From the NCBI RefSeq assembly GCF_000148385.1, contig NC_014537.1:150001-182000 (forward strand): a DNA stretch of 32,000 nt, in the 5' to 3' direction. Every line of letters begins with the position of its first letter. Position 1 is the first letter of the stretch. Below, piece by piece: positions 8,397 through 16,335 of the stretch. A model generated the notes under the pieces. The model worked only from the letters and a program-made list of their open reading frames with translations. It was not told the origin of the DNA and ran no database searches. Origin of the DNA: Vulcanisaeta distributa DSM 14429 (lineage in GTDB: Archaea > Thermoproteota > Thermoprotei > Thermoproteales > Thermocladiaceae). A program made the translations under genes and the position numbers.

Positions 8397-10060
8397 TGGG
8401 TACGACGTACCTTACTCATGAACAACAAATTGTGCAGCAACTACTTAGAAGGAAGTATTTCCTAGTTCATGGAGGTGGTGCTAGGGAGTTAAACCCAGGG
8501 GAAGTGGCCCAGCTTGGTATTCAAACACAGCAATACGCGCATGTACCTATTCAGCAGCCGCAGGTTGTGCAATCCCTCGCGCCGCAGCATGCAGCGCCGC
8601 AGTACGCCGTGCCTACACCACCACAGCGATTACCTGAGCGACCACAGCCGCTGGGCGATATATTCTACGTATCATCCATAGAACTGGCAGGCCCTATCAA
8701 TGTGCGTAAATTGCCATTAATAATACCGCAGGTAACGCCCATATCCGCACAGTCAATTAATGTTTATCGCATGACCCCGCAAATACCCACGCCACAACTC
8801 ACGTTTAGTCCTGTGGCATCAATAATCTTAAATGAGGAGGCCTTAGAAGCAATGGGGCTTAGTAAGAATGAATTCGTGTTAAGGCTCGTAAGTACGGCAT
8901 CCGTAATTGGGAGGGGGTTAACAACACTTCAGTATTTAGTTGGTAGTGGGGAATTCGTTGATTTCCTAAATGGGCGTTTAGGACCAAGTAGTAAGAAGGC
9001 CGTGATACTACTTTGGGATTTGCACGACAATATCCATTACGATTTCATCAGGGAATTACTGCTCAGGAGGATGCGCGAGCTTGGTGATGAACCTGAATTT
9101 GTTAGGTCAGTCATTGATAGCGCTGGCTCGGTGAGTAACGGCGTCAAGACAGACCTTGAAGTCTCAAGCAACGTTAATCAATTACTCATGATAAGGTGTA
9201 TGTTAGATAAGGAGCAGTTAATGAACCTTAATTGGTTTAAGGATAGGCTCAGGGAATTAATGAGTAGGAGAGGTTCAACATACGTAGTCATAATATGTGA
9301 GAGAAGCGCCACCAATGTGGTGGGGTACGTCGTTAACGCATGGAGTGAAATATGTAAGGGTGAGGGCGCGCACAGTCCTATTGAGAGACTGTGTAATTAC
9401 GTGGTTGACAAACTTCATGTACCATTTATAATACTTCAACCCCCAGCAACAGCCGAGGGTATTAAATTGGCTTACTTAATTAATGGTGTTAAACCACCAG
9501 ATAACCCATCAAACATATTTGACGTGGCCTTTGGCGATGCCTTAATGCGGTATAGCTCGAGACTCAACGAGATAAAGAGTGATTATGAACTATACGTTGA
9601 GCGCGGCGAGAATGAGTCTGCCGAGCACTTTAAACTTAAGGCGTTTATTTACCACTACCTGGTTAAGACTAGGTTTAATGGTAAGCCCGAGGATTCGATA
9701 GGTCAAATAAGGACTGAGTATGCGGTATGCAGTGGTGTTAAGGCTGACGTGGCTTATGGCGGCGAGGTTTATGAGGTTGAGACCCTATTTGGCGAGGGTG
9801 AAAATAGCGTTAAGAAGGTTCAGGAGACCGTGATGAAGTATAAAGGCTGTGGTGCCATTTCGAAGGTTCACATCGTACTTGAGCCACTAACCACCGTCAT
9901 GCATCTAAAGGAGCTTTGGGGCTTAATGGAGCACTTCAATAATTTGAGGAGGAGGGGTTTATTGCCGTTTGGGGTTAGTATAGAGACTATAAATGTGGAT
10001 AGGGAGGAACTAGTGCCTCTTAAGGACTTTATTAGGGAGTTGGGTGAAGCACTGTCTTAA
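8387..10060 (+). CDS. hypothetical protein (557 aa) with Q/P-rich N-terminal region and conserved C-terminal domain; paralogue of 17523-19388 product
   Basis: ATG 8393 overlaps the upstream stop (8394-8396) as ATGA. Shared blocks are 'NWFKDRLRELMSRRG' vs 'LNRLRDRLRELFSQG', 'ESAEHFKLKAFIYHYLV' vs 'ESMTHYLTKAFVVRHLI', and 'YEVETLFGEGENSVKKVQETV' vs 'VEVETLYGTGTVVHKLLETV'. Confidence 0.6.
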   Translation: MVMMGTTYLTHEQQIVQQLLRRKYFLVHGGGARELNPGEVAQLGIQTQQYAHVPIQQPQVVQSLAPQHAAPQYAVPTPPQRLPERPQPLGDIFYVSSIELAGPINVRKLPLIIPQVTPISAQSINVYRMTPQIPTPQLTFSPVASIILNEEALEAMGLSKNEFVLRLVSTASVIGRGLTTLQYLVGSGEFVDFLNGRLGPSSKKAVILLWDLHDNIHYDFIRELLLRRMRELGDEPEFVRSVIDSAGSVSNGVKTDLEVSSNVNQLLMIRCMLDKEQLMNLNWFKDRLRELMSRRGSTYVVIICERSATNVVGYVVNAWSEICKGEGAHSPIERLCNYVVDKLHVPFIILQPPATAEGIKLAYLINGVKPPDNPSNIFDVAFGDALMRYSSRLNEIKSDYELYVERGENESAEHFKLKAFIYHYLVKTRFNGKPEDSIGQIRTEYAVCSGVKADVAYGGEVYEVETLFGEGENSVKKVQETVMKYKGCGAISKVHIVLEPLTTVMHLKELWGLMEHFNNLRRRGLLPFGVSIETINVDREELVPLKDFIRELGEALS

Positions 10061-10175
10061 TTTTGATGCTTGTTACTCTCTACCTAAGATTGCGAATCAG
10101 ATTGTTTTGTTTGTGCTTCGTAGATTATTACCGCCGTTACCACGTAGTTCTCGCGACTCCCCGCAACACTCACCT

Positions 10176-10304
10176 TCACATTAATAACTCTGCCACCCCA
10201 TTCTCCACCTCCCTTATTGCCTCATTAATCCGGGACTCCAACTCCCTCTCCACGTACCTACCACTCGCGGTTTCCAAGGCCACTACCTTAACCCTAGTTG
10301 GCAT
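10176..10304 (-). CDS. possible small ORF (42 aa) directly downstream of herA-like gene
   Basis: My hand translation gives 'MPTRVKVVALETASGRYVERELESRINEAIREVENGVAELLM'. It is on the same strand as HerA, about 31 nt downstream, and below the ORF-track length cutoff. Its composition is protein-like, but there is no motif. Confidence 0.2.
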   Translation of the reverse strand: MPTRVKVVALETASGRYVERELESRINEAIREVENGVAELLM

Positions 10305-10335
10305 TAACTAACACTGGCTAGGCCCTTGAAATACA

Positions 10336-12369
10336 TTACTTATGGCTCCTATGCCTTACCTGTGGTGGTGCCTTTATCATTACTGCGTGTGTTCTTAGGG
10401 CGTAGCTCCTCACCACGGCGACCCCGTCCTGGGCGTACATTATTTCGCCAGCATACTCCCTAAGGCCAACTCTCTCCAACACCTCAACCTCACTCCTAAG
10501 GGCGACCTTCGTATTCGTAAGCTGGAGGATTAGGTCATTCAAGTCGCCAGGGGTGTGGGTTGCAAAGATGACGCCAATCCTCCTAACCCTACCAAGCCTC
10601 GTTAACTTATTAATCATTGTCTCCACGGTGTCCTTATTGAAGTCCTCATCACCACGACCAACGGTCTGTGGGAAGTAGTTGTGGGCTTCATCAATCATTA
10701 TGAAGGTTGGTCTAGGCTGCCTGCCACCCCTCAACTCATTATCCCTCTCCTCAAACACCCTTGATAGGAACCTATAAACAATTATTGACGCGGCGCCGGG
10801 GTTCTCCCTGAAGAGCCTTAGGTCTAGGATTACGAGGCCTCTCAGGACATCCGCGTAGTTGCTCGGCTCGTTGAATACCACGGCGTACCTACCATCCCTA
10901 CTGGTGAACCTAACATCCATTATCCCCAAGCCACCAATCATTGAGAGCCCCCTGAAAATGTTATCCCTCTGGCTCGGCGCCAACTTCATGCATGCGGCGG
11001 CCAACTCAATACATGCATCATTACTCAGCAACTCGTCAATACCCGTAGAGCCCTCCTGAGCTCCCACGGCCTTGGTGGCGAGCCTACCCTGCCTCCTATC
11101 CTCTACCCTACACTTCTCCCTACCCCTCTCGCCAACCCTCTCCTCACAGTTAACACCAGCCCTTATGTAGTCCATAGCCCTATCAATGACCTTTGGGAAT
11201 AGTAGGGAAACCCTCTGACTAAACACTGGGAATACCCTGGGCAAGTCCCTATAGATGCTGCTGAAGCTTAGGGCCCACGGAATAAGCCTAAGCCTGAAGC
11301 TTCGCCCATCAACGGTGACCACCGCCTCAACCCCATCCAGGACAGCCTCATTACCCTGAACCCTAACCGACGCCGTGTAGTTTCTGGGGTCGACCTCAAT
11401 CTTAGAGCCTCCGTAGGTCTGCTCCAGCAGTGCCCTGAGTAGTCCATAGCCAATGGCCTGGGCGTACTTCCCCGGATCCTCGACGTCCGTGAGGGTTGCG
11501 TCACTGCCCTCCACCTCACCCACGTAGTAGTCCCCGTAGTCCTCAATGATGTCCCTATTAACCCTCAGGTAATCCCTCGTGATTGGCGCCACAATCGTTA
11601 GTGAATCCACGGGCTTGAAGATTAAATCATCAACAACCCTATCCGGGGGCAGCGCCATTAGTGGGTAGTCGCCCTGCAGGTCTAGGGCTACCACAGTTGA
11701 CTCGGGTATTGAACTCAGTATTGAGAGGGCTAGATTCTTTAGGAGGACTGTCTTACCACTACCCGTGGTGCCCACCACGAGCATGTGCTCGTAGAGTACG
11801 TGCTCCGGCAGGAGGACATCAACACCCCTAACCACCCTACCGCCGGAGTAGAGCCAGCCAATGAGGACCCCACTACTCGGTAATTGCAGCATCCTCTTTA
11901 TGAACGTGGGTGTTGGCCTGAAGACGATACTCAGTGGGTCTATTGGTGTGTGGACTGGTGATGGGTCGCAAGCCTCGAACCCATCCATTGGGCACTCGGT
12001 GAGTGGTTCGAGCATTACGGTGGCCGGCGTGGCAATGCCTGTGTAGTCCTCGGGAACCTCAAGCACGGGTGTTGTCCTCGTGAAGCCAATGACGTGGCTC
12101 CTCCTAACCTCGGTAACCCTACCCAGGACGAGAGTCCTGTGTATTATGGTTGCAATACCGAGGAAGTCCCCAACCCTAATCCCACTATTTACGTAGTTGT
12201 TGAATGGAACGTCGATGATTATCCTATGACCCTCAACACCCACGGACACGTAGTCCCCCATCGTGACCCTACCAATAACCGCATCACCAACACCCTTACT
12301 GTGTATGAAGTCCTCAATCTCCCTAGCCCTAGCCATAAGGTCAGGCGACTGCACTACCAACCACCTCAC
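10336..12369 (-). CDS. herA: HerA-like (DUF87, FtsK/HerA-class) ATPase, 677 aa
   Basis: Walker A 'VVGTTGSGKTVLL' and Walker B 'TFIMIDEAHNYFPQ'. The N-terminal barrel-like region is 'IGRVTMGDYVSV...VGDFLGI...LGRVTEVRR'. It lies immediately downstream of a NurA-like gene. An alternative ATG at 12336 would remove the 29-nt overlap. Confidence 0.85.
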   Translation of the reverse strand: MRWLVVQSPDLMARAREIEDFIHSKGVGDAVIGRVTMGDYVSVGVEGHRIIIDVPFNNYVNSGIRVGDFLGIATIIHRTLVLGRVTEVRRSHVIGFTRTTPVLEVPEDYTGIATPATVMLEPLTECPMDGFEACDPSPVHTPIDPLSIVFRPTPTFIKRMLQLPSSGVLIGWLYSGGRVVRGVDVLLPEHVLYEHMLVVGTTGSGKTVLLKNLALSILSSIPESTVVALDLQGDYPLMALPPDRVVDDLIFKPVDSLTIVAPITRDYLRVNRDIIEDYGDYYVGEVEGSDATLTDVEDPGKYAQAIGYGLLRALLEQTYGGSKIEVDPRNYTASVRVQGNEAVLDGVEAVVTVDGRSFRLRLIPWALSFSSIYRDLPRVFPVFSQRVSLLFPKVIDRAMDYIRAGVNCEERVGERGREKCRVEDRRQGRLATKAVGAQEGSTGIDELLSNDACIELAAACMKLAPSQRDNIFRGLSMIGGLGIMDVRFTSRDGRYAVVFNEPSNYADVLRGLVILDLRLFRENPGAASIIVYRFLSRVFEERDNELRGGRQPRPTFIMIDEAHNYFPQTVGRGDEDFNKDTVETMINKLTRLGRVRRIGVIFATHTPGDLNDLILQLTNTKVALRSEVEVLERVGLREYAGEIMYAQDGVAVVRSYALRTHAVMIKAPPQVRHRSHK

Positions 12370-12730
12370 TTAGCAATTGCCTAACCTCAACCTCCGTATC
12401 GTACGTGAAGGAGACCTGGCTACGCCTTGCCAATTCATAGAACGCCAGGTATAGGCCCCTGGTCAGAGACTTAGCGTACTTATCAACAACACCTATTACG
12501 TAGGGCAGACCATCAACACCAATATTCCTGGCGAGCCACTTAACGAGGCCTTCAACGACATCCCTCATCCCATCATACGTACTCCGCAGAACCTCAACCC
12601 TGAATACCCTTGACCCCAACCCACTGTACACGTACCAAAACACCCTCTCGGGGAAGGTGTACGTGGTTATCTTACCACTTTCGCGATAGACATGCCTGAA
12701 GGGCCCAATGATTATTGGGTCGAGGACCCC
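12341..12730 (-). CDS. nurA: NurA-like nuclease, C-terminal part (frame open from 12730; ORF track lists 12341-12643)
   Basis: 'GLPYVIGVVDKYAKSL' resembles the C-terminal NurA motif. The reading frame stays open upstream to 12730, where it meets the other frame at a G5 run. Confidence 0.55.
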   Translation of the reverse strand, partial: GVLDPIIIGPFRHVYRESGKITTYTFPERVFWYVYSGLGSRVFRVEVLRSTYDGMRDVVEGLVKWLARNIGVDGLPYVIGVVDKYAKSLTRGLYLAFYELARRSQVSFTYDTEVEVRQLLSEVVGSAVA

Positions 12731-13506
12731 CTAACCCTCCCACTGCCGATGGACTGAATAACCAGTGGGTCGCTGCAGTGCCTTGGGTTTATTGTGTCAA
12801 GAAGCCCAAACTCACTGAGCACCTCATCACTACAAAGCTTCCTTGAGTTCTCAACCCTCTTAACAACGCCAATAACGGGCACGCCAAGGCCCTCTAACCT
12901 ACCTATTGCCGAGACCCTCCTCATAGCCAACCCACCCTTCTCCCCAAGGCCGAGGTATGTTGGCCCATCAACAACCACCGCGTACTCACTACCGGCTCTA
13001 CCCAACTCGCTGTGCACCTTATCGAGAGCCCACGTCTCAAGCCCCATCCTAACCTCATCACTTATGTCATCCTCATTGTAATCACCCACGAAGTACTTAC
13101 CGTCATGCGACTTAACCATAACAAACCCACCGAGCTCCCCATCCTCCTCAATCCTCCTAAGCACATCCTCACTGGGCGCCTTAACTGCGAGGAATCTGAC
13201 CTGGGGAGCGCCACCAAGGCCTGGGTACAACTCAATGGGCGGCCTCAACCCATAAATCGCAACACCGGCTATGAAAACCCTAAAGCTAAGACTCCCAAGC
13301 CTCCTCGACGAACCATCAATCACAATCAACCTCCTAGGCGGCGCACCGCCAAGCCCCTCCACGTGCTTGGGCTCGGCATTTATGACCTCGGTCCTGAAGT
13401 TCTGGTCCTCGGTGGGTGGCGCCTCGGTTATGGCTGATAACTTACCGCTGGACGTGGTGAGGCTGGTCAATAACTTATTGAATATGCCAAGGACACCACT
13501 AGGCAT
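12712..13506 (-). CDS. nurA: NurA-like nuclease, N-terminal part (frameshifted relative to 12341-12730)
   Basis: 'RLIVIDGSSRR' (catalytic Asp region), 'AVVVDGPTYLG' and 'VIGVVKRVENSRKL' are NurA-family-like blocks. A TATA-like 'CTTATATAAC' (13530-13539) lies about 26 nt upstream of ATG 13506. Confidence 0.7.
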   Translation of the reverse strand: MPSGVLGIFNKLLTSLTTSSGKLSAITEAPPTEDQNFRTEVINAEPKHVEGLGGAPPRRLIVIDGSSRRLGSLSFRVFIAGVAIYGLRPPIELYPGLGGAPQVRFLAVKAPSEDVLRRIEEDGELGGFVMVKSHDGKYFVGDYNEDDISDEVRMGLETWALDKVHSELGRAGSEYAVVVDGPTYLGLGEKGGLAMRRVSAIGRLEGLGVPVIGVVKRVENSRKLCSDEVLSEFGLLDTINPRHCSDPLVIQSIGSGRVRGSSTQ

Positions 13507-13599
13507 TAATCAGCAACACATATACCCACTTATATAACTTGTCTATTACCACACAGCAAAAGCGAAACAAGGATTTAGAGTGAGAGGCATGAGAAGGCG

Positions 13600-13812
13600 A
13601 TGAGGCTCAGGTTAATCGCGAGTGATGGGGCCCTAGGCTACTACGAACTACCAAGTAGGCCGGATGACCCATGGAAGCCCATGAAACTCATAGTCAGGGT
13701 TGGCCCCAGGGAATACTACATCGTCGAGGCATACCCAGAGCACCTAAGTGGCAGGTGGGTCATAGCAATGCCCATAATTAAGGATGAGATCGAACTCATC
13801 AGCATTGCCTAA
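13600..13812 (+). CDS. small hypothetical protein (70 aa)
   Basis: ATG start, protein-like composition ('...KLIVRVGPREYYIVEAYPEHLSGRWVIAMPII...'), divergent from nurA. No motif. Confidence 0.4.
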   Translation: MRLRLIASDGALGYYELPSRPDDPWKPMKLIVRVGPREYYIVEAYPEHLSGRWVIAMPIIKDEIELISIA

Positions 13813-13936
13813 GCATTGCATGTGTACTTCTTGGGTGATGACTTGGTTTATAACCCACTGAATTAATTAGGTATGGCGTGGGTTGGTGCCTTAGGACTTA
13901 GGAGTGCTGTTGAGGGGTTTGGGCTTGGTGGTTGTT

Positions 13937-15310
13937 ATGGGTGGTGTTGAGTTCATAGGTGTTGACCTGGATTCCATTGATGGTAGGCTTAGGGCGGTGA
14001 TCGACTATGCAATCAAGGCTTGGATGGGTGTTGAGGTGGGTGGTGAGTCTGTTAGGGGTTTGTTCAGTGATGATGTTGATTACAGGCTATTCACCGGCTT
14101 GGGGTTTAGGGATTTGGCTGGTATTGCCGTGTCGAGGCACTACGCAGTCCTAGTCATGGGGGTTGGTGAGCACTACCACCCAACATACGTGGTTGGGGTG
14201 AACGATGGCGGTAAACTATTCATAAACGGTGGTGGGTGGGCATACGCAGACCATTGCAGTGCCGAGCCAAGCTTCATGAGGCACTTCCTAAGTGGCGGTG
14301 CGCTGAGGGTTGTTGGTGTTGACGACTCGGAGGTTAAGGGTTTACTGGGTTTTGACTTGGACGCCGGTTATGAAGGTGTTGACTTGGGTAGTGCATTGGG
14401 TAGTCGTGTTAGGGTTAGGGGAGACCTGGTGCTTCAGGTGTTACCCATTGAGGATTACGTGGATGAAATCACTAGGGCGGCTGAGGAGCAGTACGTGAAT
14501 GCCGCATCCCACGTAATCATGAGGAGGGCAATGAACGCGCTGGATAAGTATGGTATAGCGGCGACTCTGGATGGTGATGTGTTGATGGTTGAGGCTAGCG
14601 GCCTTGGTGGTGATGTTAATTCCATACTCAACGAAATCGCGAAGCTGCTGGCGAGGGACTTGGTAATTGATGATATGCTAACCAATGGTCACCCGGATGT
14701 GGAGGTTAAGCGGGTGGCGAGTGATTGGGTGTTGGTTCACTACGGCTATTCAGGGCTTAATGAGTGGTTCCTTGAGCTAGGCGTTAGGTACATGGAGTAC
14801 CTGGGCGTGGGCTTAATAACGATCAAACCCACAGCACAGCCAAGCGGCTGCAGGTACGTAGTTGGTTGCGGTGATTTACCGAGGCTCGTTAGGGAGTCCC
14901 TGTGGGGTGGTGAGGGGGTTCAGGAGGTGGACATTGGTGGTTATGAAATCACGTACCACGGACTACCACGCTCAGTGACGCTAAGCCTAAAGCCAAGCTT
15001 CATGGGAAAGCCGCTCATGATAACGGCCAATGCGGAACCAAGTGACTTGGGGGTCACGAGGGACTTGGTCATTGAGCACCCGAGGCACGGAACATACAAG
15101 GCAGTGCTCACTGAGGCTAGGATGATTAGGGCCTCACGCGTCACGGACACACTAACACCATACAAAAACGCACTGAGGCTACGCAAGATGACTGCCAAGG
15201 CAGGGGGTATTGCGGAATACGCACTGCCGCAGGGAGTCAGAGGCATAACACTGGGCATAAACCTATCAAGACCAATCACGAAAAACTGCGACGCAGAAAA
15301 CGACGAGTGA
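13937..15310 (+). CDS. hypothetical protein (about 457 aa; ORF open from GTG 13904)
   Basis: Long ORF with protein-like composition. The antisense ORFs (14455-14685, 14941-15279) are Ser/Leu-rich and look spurious. No motif recognised. Confidence 0.55.
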   Translation: MGGVEFIGVDLDSIDGRLRAVIDYAIKAWMGVEVGGESVRGLFSDDVDYRLFTGLGFRDLAGIAVSRHYAVLVMGVGEHYHPTYVVGVNDGGKLFINGGGWAYADHCSAEPSFMRHFLSGGALRVVGVDDSEVKGLLGFDLDAGYEGVDLGSALGSRVRVRGDLVLQVLPIEDYVDEITRAAEEQYVNAASHVIMRRAMNALDKYGIAATLDGDVLMVEASGLGGDVNSILNEIAKLLARDLVIDDMLTNGHPDVEVKRVASDWVLVHYGYSGLNEWFLELGVRYMEYLGVGLITIKPTAQPSGCRYVVGCGDLPRLVRESLWGGEGVQEVDIGGYEITYHGLPRSVTLSLKPSFMGKPLMITANAEPSDLGVTRDLVIEHPRHGTYKAVLTEARMIRASRVTDTLTPYKNALRLRKMTAKAGGIAEYALPQGVRGITLGINLSRPITKNCDAENDE

Positions 15311-15356
15311 AAAGGGTGGTGCTGTTTATAACATTCATTGGTGGTTTCGCAACTCC

Positions 15357-16196
15357 TTAATCACCCTCAGGTTGTGCTATTAAGGAGTTAATTAACTCCT
15401 CGACTGTGTAGTTGCTGGGTACTGTTGCGTATTTAATGGACTTAATGTTACCCATCGAGTCAGCCCTAAGCGTCATTATTGACTTGACCAATAGCCTGGA
15501 GTTCTGCTTAACCCTAACCATGGCGTCGATTAGGTGTATGTAGTAGATTGAGTATGACGCTGCCAGCCTAATCAACATGCTTGGGCTATATGGCTTGAAG
15601 AATTCATGGGGCCCAATGACGGCGGTCCAGATCCCAAGGCTTGATCCGCCACCATCAATCCTAACAATCACGTTATAGCCCGGTGGGTCGAAGATGTTGA
15701 AGAAGTGGCTATTACCATTGATGTAATGCACCTTACTCCAACCATTACTAGCCCTGGCAGCCTCCCTGAAGGACTCCTCATCAAACTCACCAATGTCCAC
15801 AATTCCTGACTCAGGCCCTAACCAACCTAAGTCATCAATGAGTCTCTCCGGATCTATCCTAGGCCTAGCCTCAAACTCAACAATAAAGGCTTCCAGGGCC
15901 TCCGCATCGCTGGGTATAATGATACCATACTTACTTACCAAATTCTCCTCAACCAACTTAGCTATCTTAACCATGGTATAGTCACTCTCAACAAGCTGCT
16001 TACCGGCATCCGTAACCCTATAAACGCCAACACCAACCCTCTCAATTAAGCCACGCTTAATAAGGTAATTCAGGTAATTACCACAAGCACCCCTACTCAT
16101 GTTAAGAAAACTACACAACTCACTAAACCTAGCCGAACCACCCTTCTCAACCACGTACTTAAGCAGGGCTAGGTAAAGCCCCCTCCTACCACCCAT
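15357..16196 (-). CDS. wHTH (MarR/ArsR-like) transcription regulator with about 200-aa C-terminal domain
   Basis: 'LLKYVVEKGGSARFSELCSFLNMSRGACGNYLNYLIKRGLIERVGVGVYRVTDAG' is a classic winged-helix pattern. It is similar to the 19617-20666 product ('GTVGRLLERLVKADLIERSGKGIYKLK'). Confidence 0.7.
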   Translation of the reverse strand: MGGRRGLYLALLKYVVEKGGSARFSELCSFLNMSRGACGNYLNYLIKRGLIERVGVGVYRVTDAGKQLVESDYTMVKIAKLVEENLVSKYGIIIPSDAEALEAFIVEFEARPRIDPERLIDDLGWLGPESGIVDIGEFDEESFREAARASNGWSKVHYINGNSHFFNIFDPPGYNVIVRIDGGGSSLGIWTAVIGPHEFFKPYSPSMLIRLAASYSIYYIHLIDAMVRVKQNSRLLVKSIMTLRADSMGNIKSIKYATVPSNYTVEELINSLIAQPEGD

Positions 16197-16207
16197 AGAG
16201 CCTCACC

Positions 16208-16329
16208 AAGCCATCAAGTTCTAAATTTATAAACCATACGTTAGAATGCAAATTAGAATTACGAGATAATTAACGATGTTCTAACTCTAGTTCTAACATG
16301 TAACTTAAAAACTTAGAACTTGATGGCTT
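16208..16329. promoter_or_regulatory. divergent promoter/operator: perfect 17-bp inverted repeat plus internal TTCTAA/TTAGAA hexamer array
   Basis: 'AAGCCATCAAGTTCTAA' (16208-16224) is the exact reverse complement of 'TTAGAACTTGATGGCTT' (16313-16329). Further copies are TTAGAA at 16241-16246 and 16253-16258, and GTTCTAAC at 16278-16285 and 16290-16297. A palindromic TATA 'TTTATAAA' lies at ~16225-16232 and 'CTTAAAAAC' at 16304-16312. Confidence 0.55.
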
Positions 16330-16335
16330 AAGTGG

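Noticed and set aside
10063-10311. 82-aa plus-strand ORF in the gap between the 557-aa gene and herA
   Set aside because: The translation is not protein-like (L/R/C/T-rich with no structure). The opposite strand gives a more plausible small ORF (10176-10304), which I report only at low confidence.
13012-13437. 141-aa plus-strand ORF and similar ORF-track entries (e.g. 12094-12384, 12794-13081, 4058-4354, 4928-5224, 11268-11546, 14941-15279, 17978-18262, 30870-31247)
   Set aside because: All lie antisense to, or out of frame within, much longer motif-bearing genes. They have low-complexity P/S/L/T-rich translations typical of shadow ORFs.
13835-13861. C-box-like GTGATGA (13835-13841) followed by CTGA (13858-13861), examined as a C/D-box sRNA
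   Set aside because: The spacing is 16 nt rather than about 12 nt. There is no second C'/D' pair and no terminal stem. A TATA-like TTTATAA lies inside it, so it is more likely just promoter sequence.
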